Of a stretch of 64,000 nt of DNA, positions 60,808 to 64,000 are shown piece after piece. A program made the translations under genes and the position numbers. How positions within the stretch are numbered: the stretch's first letter is position 1; the number at the start of each line of letters is the position of its first letter. The stretch is taken from positions 1,362,568 through 1,426,567 of the forward strand of contig JAQGDQ010000015.1 of NCBI GenBank assembly GCA_030141605.1, written 5' to 3'. A model generated the notes under the pieces. The model searched no databases. It worked only from the letters and a program-made list of their open reading frames with translations, and was not told the origin of the DNA. The stretch comes from Tubiluchus corallicola. Its lineage: Eukaryota > Animalia > Priapulida.

Positions 60808-61667
60808 CGTTAAAGAATTTGGTTATCATTGGTTAGGTTTTCATTTCAAGTACCTTGTAGTCATTTTTTGGCTAATTTTTGTGTAAAAATGCAAAAACAG
60901 AAAGACACTAATCATGACAGTCACACGTAAATCCATCTTGATTGCTTTTTGCCAGCTGAAAAATTTACTCTAGTTTTACACCCGTGTATCAAAGTCATTG
61001 TTTTTATTAATTAAGGCAACTTCCAAGTGTTTTAATCTTAATACACAAGATACGAAAATATCATGAGTCAGAACTTTTTCCCATTTGCTTTATTTTGAAG
61101 TTTTTTAATGGCTTTTTCTTGTTCGTCGACTTCTTAATTTGCATCTGCTCAAGTATGTGTAAACAATTCTGACTGATAAACTCAGTACTAGTAATTGGAA
61201 TCTGCGCATGCGTAGGTCTTTATTTTTACTTTCAAGTTTTTCCAAATTAAAGTGTGTTAATGCAAAAAACGTACGACAGCTGAGTGACAGAACATATCAT
61301 TTCAAAGACATTTTGTGAGGTGTGTGTGGTTCAACACTCGGTGGGATTATTCCTATAGCTCAAATAAAAGTTGCCGCGATGAAGTCACTGGTACATCTGC
61401 AGAATGAGGAAACACTTGCCGAATAACCAGATATAATCTGTGGTGAAATGTAATACTGAAATAAAAAATCATGCGTGCAGAATGCCACCAGTCGTCGGGA
61501 AGCCATTAAAGAGCAAAGAGGAATTGATGGTTTCAAAAGTATTTCACACTGACAGATCTTCCAATGTATCGATGTATCAGTATCTCTGTCTGCATATATA
61601 TATTGTAGTCGTAACTATAGTGGAAAAACTATTTATCTCAAAAGTTATATTATAACTACTGGAGATT

Positions 61668-61769
<102 letters not shown>

Positions 61770-61770
61770 A

Positions 61771-63090
61771 ATGGAAGGCAGTAAGAAGGAGCTAATCAAA
61801 GAAAATTTGCTGGAATCACTTATTTTGTGGACAAATAACTCTGATTCCACCAACACAGATAAATGGAATCTTCTGTATGTTTTTGAAGCACGTGACAACA
61901 TCGTGGACATTCCAAGTCATGCGACAACTTCAGCGACCAAGGTCATCCTGTCACTGATGTACGCGACAATCATACTCTGTTCCATCTTTGGCAACATCGT
62001 CACCCTGTGGATCATTGGCTTCTTTAAGGACATGAAGACAAAAGTGAACATGTTCATCTGTTCTCTGGCTATTAGCGATTTAATAATGACGTTAATTTGC
62101 ATACCGTTTCAACTTGTTATGGTGGTGGTGGACCTAGAATGGGAACGGGGAGCGGCTTTGTGTAAACTTGTTCCTTTCACACAGGTTACAGCCATTGCCA
62201 TCAACTCCTTCACTTTGTGTTGCATTGCCATTGAACGTTTTTGTGCCATTGTTCATCCACTACGTCATCGCGTGCGCAAACGTTTCCTCGCCACACATTG
62301 GATCATTGTGATCGTCTGGCTTGCCGCCATCGTATTTGGAATTCCATGCCTGATTGCGTACGATGTCGTGGAGCTGGATACGGAAAATGGGACTGCACGT
62401 TACTGCGTAGAACTTTGGGTGGACGACTTTGAGAAGATCGAATTATCCATGAAGATGGAGAAGATTTATATGTGGCTAAAGTTTGGAGCAATGTTTGTTA
62501 TACCAGTGGCCGTGATGGGGTATACCTATGTCAGAATAGGTCATCGGCTCTGGATCAGAAAGCCTGTTGGTGATTCAGTGCAGGCTGCCAAAGTCTGTGT
62601 CCACTACAGGAAAATGTGTGTTCGAATGTGTGTAATTATGATGTTGATCTTTATATTATGCTGGACACCTTTACACGTGTTTAAGTTAGTCCTGGTACAT
62701 AAGCAGTCACTGGATGGCTGCCCAGCGGTACAGAGTTCGGAGAAACTTGTATTTCTCAGCCAGTTTTTCAGTATGCTGGCTCTTTCCAGTTGTGCATTCG
62801 ATCCGATTTCCTATTTTCTTTTCCAGGAAAAATTTCGGAAGCACTGTCTGGACATTAGTCGTTGTCGCTGTCAAGACAACACGTCTTCGATTGATTCGTG
62901 TGGCATTCCGAAGAAGAAAGCATCGAACCAAACATCCCTGCCTTTGTCCACGCTGTCTCCAGATAAATTACTGAAGAAGTCGGTTGAGAAACAAGAAGTG
63001 GATCCAAAAGTGAAAACGATTGTTGTCCAAGAGAAAGTCGATTACGACGAAACAAGACTAAGTCCATTTATGCGCAACCCAGCTGGTTAA
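61771..63090 (+). CDS. Class A (rhodopsin-family) neuropeptide-type GPCR, intronless ORF, 439 aa
   Basis: Seven hydrophobic segments with GN (TM1), SLAISD (TM2), CK..IAIERF (TM3), W (TM4), P..Y (TM5), CWTP (TM6) and DPISY (TM7), then F.EKFR helix 8 with cysteines. It resembles the RFamide/NPY/QRFP/tachykinin group, but the subfamily is not assignable. Confidence 0.93.
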   Translation: MEGSKKELIKENLLESLILWTNNSDSTNTDKWNLLYVFEARDNIVDIPSHATTSATKVILSLMYATIILCSIFGNIVTLWIIGFFKDMKTKVNMFICSLAISDLIMTLICIPFQLVMVVVDLEWERGAALCKLVPFTQVTAIAINSFTLCCIAIERFCAIVHPLRHRVRKRFLATHWIIVIVWLAAIVFGIPCLIAYDVVELDTENGTARYCVELWVDDFEKIELSMKMEKIYMWLKFGAMFVIPVAVMGYTYVRIGHRLWIRKPVGDSVQAAKVCVHYRKMCVRMCVIMMLIFILCWTPLHVFKLVLVHKQSLDGCPAVQSSEKLVFLSQFFSMLALSSCAFDPISYFLFQEKFRKHCLDISRCRCQDNTSSIDSCGIPKKKASNQTSLPLSTLSPDKLLKKSVEKQEVDPKVKTIVVQEKVDYDETRLSPFMRNPAG

Positions 63091-64000
63091 AGATTATCGG
63101 ACATTATTTAGACTATAAGAAAATCACATGGTATATAAATGGCTGTCAATACAAAAACCACACTTTGAAAACATATTCTATACTGCAACAAGAATTATAT
63201 ATGGATTCTGAATATGTTTGGCTCGTGCTCTAGACTTGTGTCTCGTTCGGTATTTTTTAGGTCATTTGTGCAAATTTTTGTGTAGAGTCGTCGCTCATTA
63301 AACGCAGAAGCTGTTAGTAAATTAATATTAGACATTTACAATTGCCATTAATGATGCCATACAATTAAAAACAGAAGTAGGCTAATTGGAAGCTGTTGAA
63401 TTTATAACCCATATAAACAACTTGTTACACTCATTTCGCCTATTTACAATACGCAAATATTTTCATCAATTATTTTAGATTCGAGAGCTAACATTTATGT
63501 ACATGTATTCAAATCTACATGAAAACAATATAATATTCTAATGTATCTGATGGATAGGGTTCTTGCGTCTTTTTAATTGTTATCATAATTGTGAGTTTCA
63601 CTTTCCCAGAATGAAAATTAGAGCTGAATTAACTTGAAACGTACCTTCGCTCATCAGAAAATTATCGAATCTCGCTATAGGTAATTGTGCCATAATGAAT
63701 ATAATTTACTCCAATGTTGTGGCACCACAAAAAACGGTATATAATTCACCCGGGACCATATTATTCCTTACAATAATTATGTAACATTTAGGACAGGTAT
63801 CCCTACGCGTCCGTGAATCAGGAAAGATGAGATGGTATCTTTGAAAAACAGGATCTAAAATTATATTTATTTTCCAAGACTTTGTGATCAGTAGAGTGAA
63901 GCATTTTCACAAAATTTAACATTCTAATAGCTGCCATCACAGCATTTTTTTATTTTTGAAAATTCTGCAAGCTACGGTACCTTGACAACCTACTCTTTTT

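Noticed and set aside
63599-63693. Minus-strand MAQLPIARFDNFLMSE with a GTACGT donor as a candidate nudC first exon
   Set aside because: The RFD..L similarity is short, the expected AQQ..GG continuation is absent, and the intermediate nudC exons are missing between it and 56429.

Overview
AT-rich eukaryotic (animal, probably marine invertebrate) genomic DNA with GT-AG introns. Five protein-coding loci are supported. (1) An intronless gene encoding two divergent TALE-type homeodomains (1971-3332, +). (2) A 14-exon synaptotagmin-like protein gene of the Slp4/Slp5/bitesize type, with a Rab27-binding SHD plus zinc finger and tandem C2 domains (19823-50015, +, about 1701 aa), including a 3181-nt exon. 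(3) The 3' six exons of nudC (52077-56429, -), whose 5' exons were not found. (4) Two ShK-domain exons (58772-59957, +). (5) An intronless class A peptide-type GPCR (61771-63090, +). The ShK and GPCR genes appear to be nested antisense in a nudC intron. Non-coding DNA holds a three-level nest (a 42-bp micro-MITE inside a 977-bp hAT-type MITE inside a minisatellite), a tRNA-derived SINE, 5S-like SINE remnants, an RTE LINE fragment, foldback elements and microsatellites. All exon calls were made by hand from splice sites and frame continuity, family assignments are from recalled motifs, and no searches were run.
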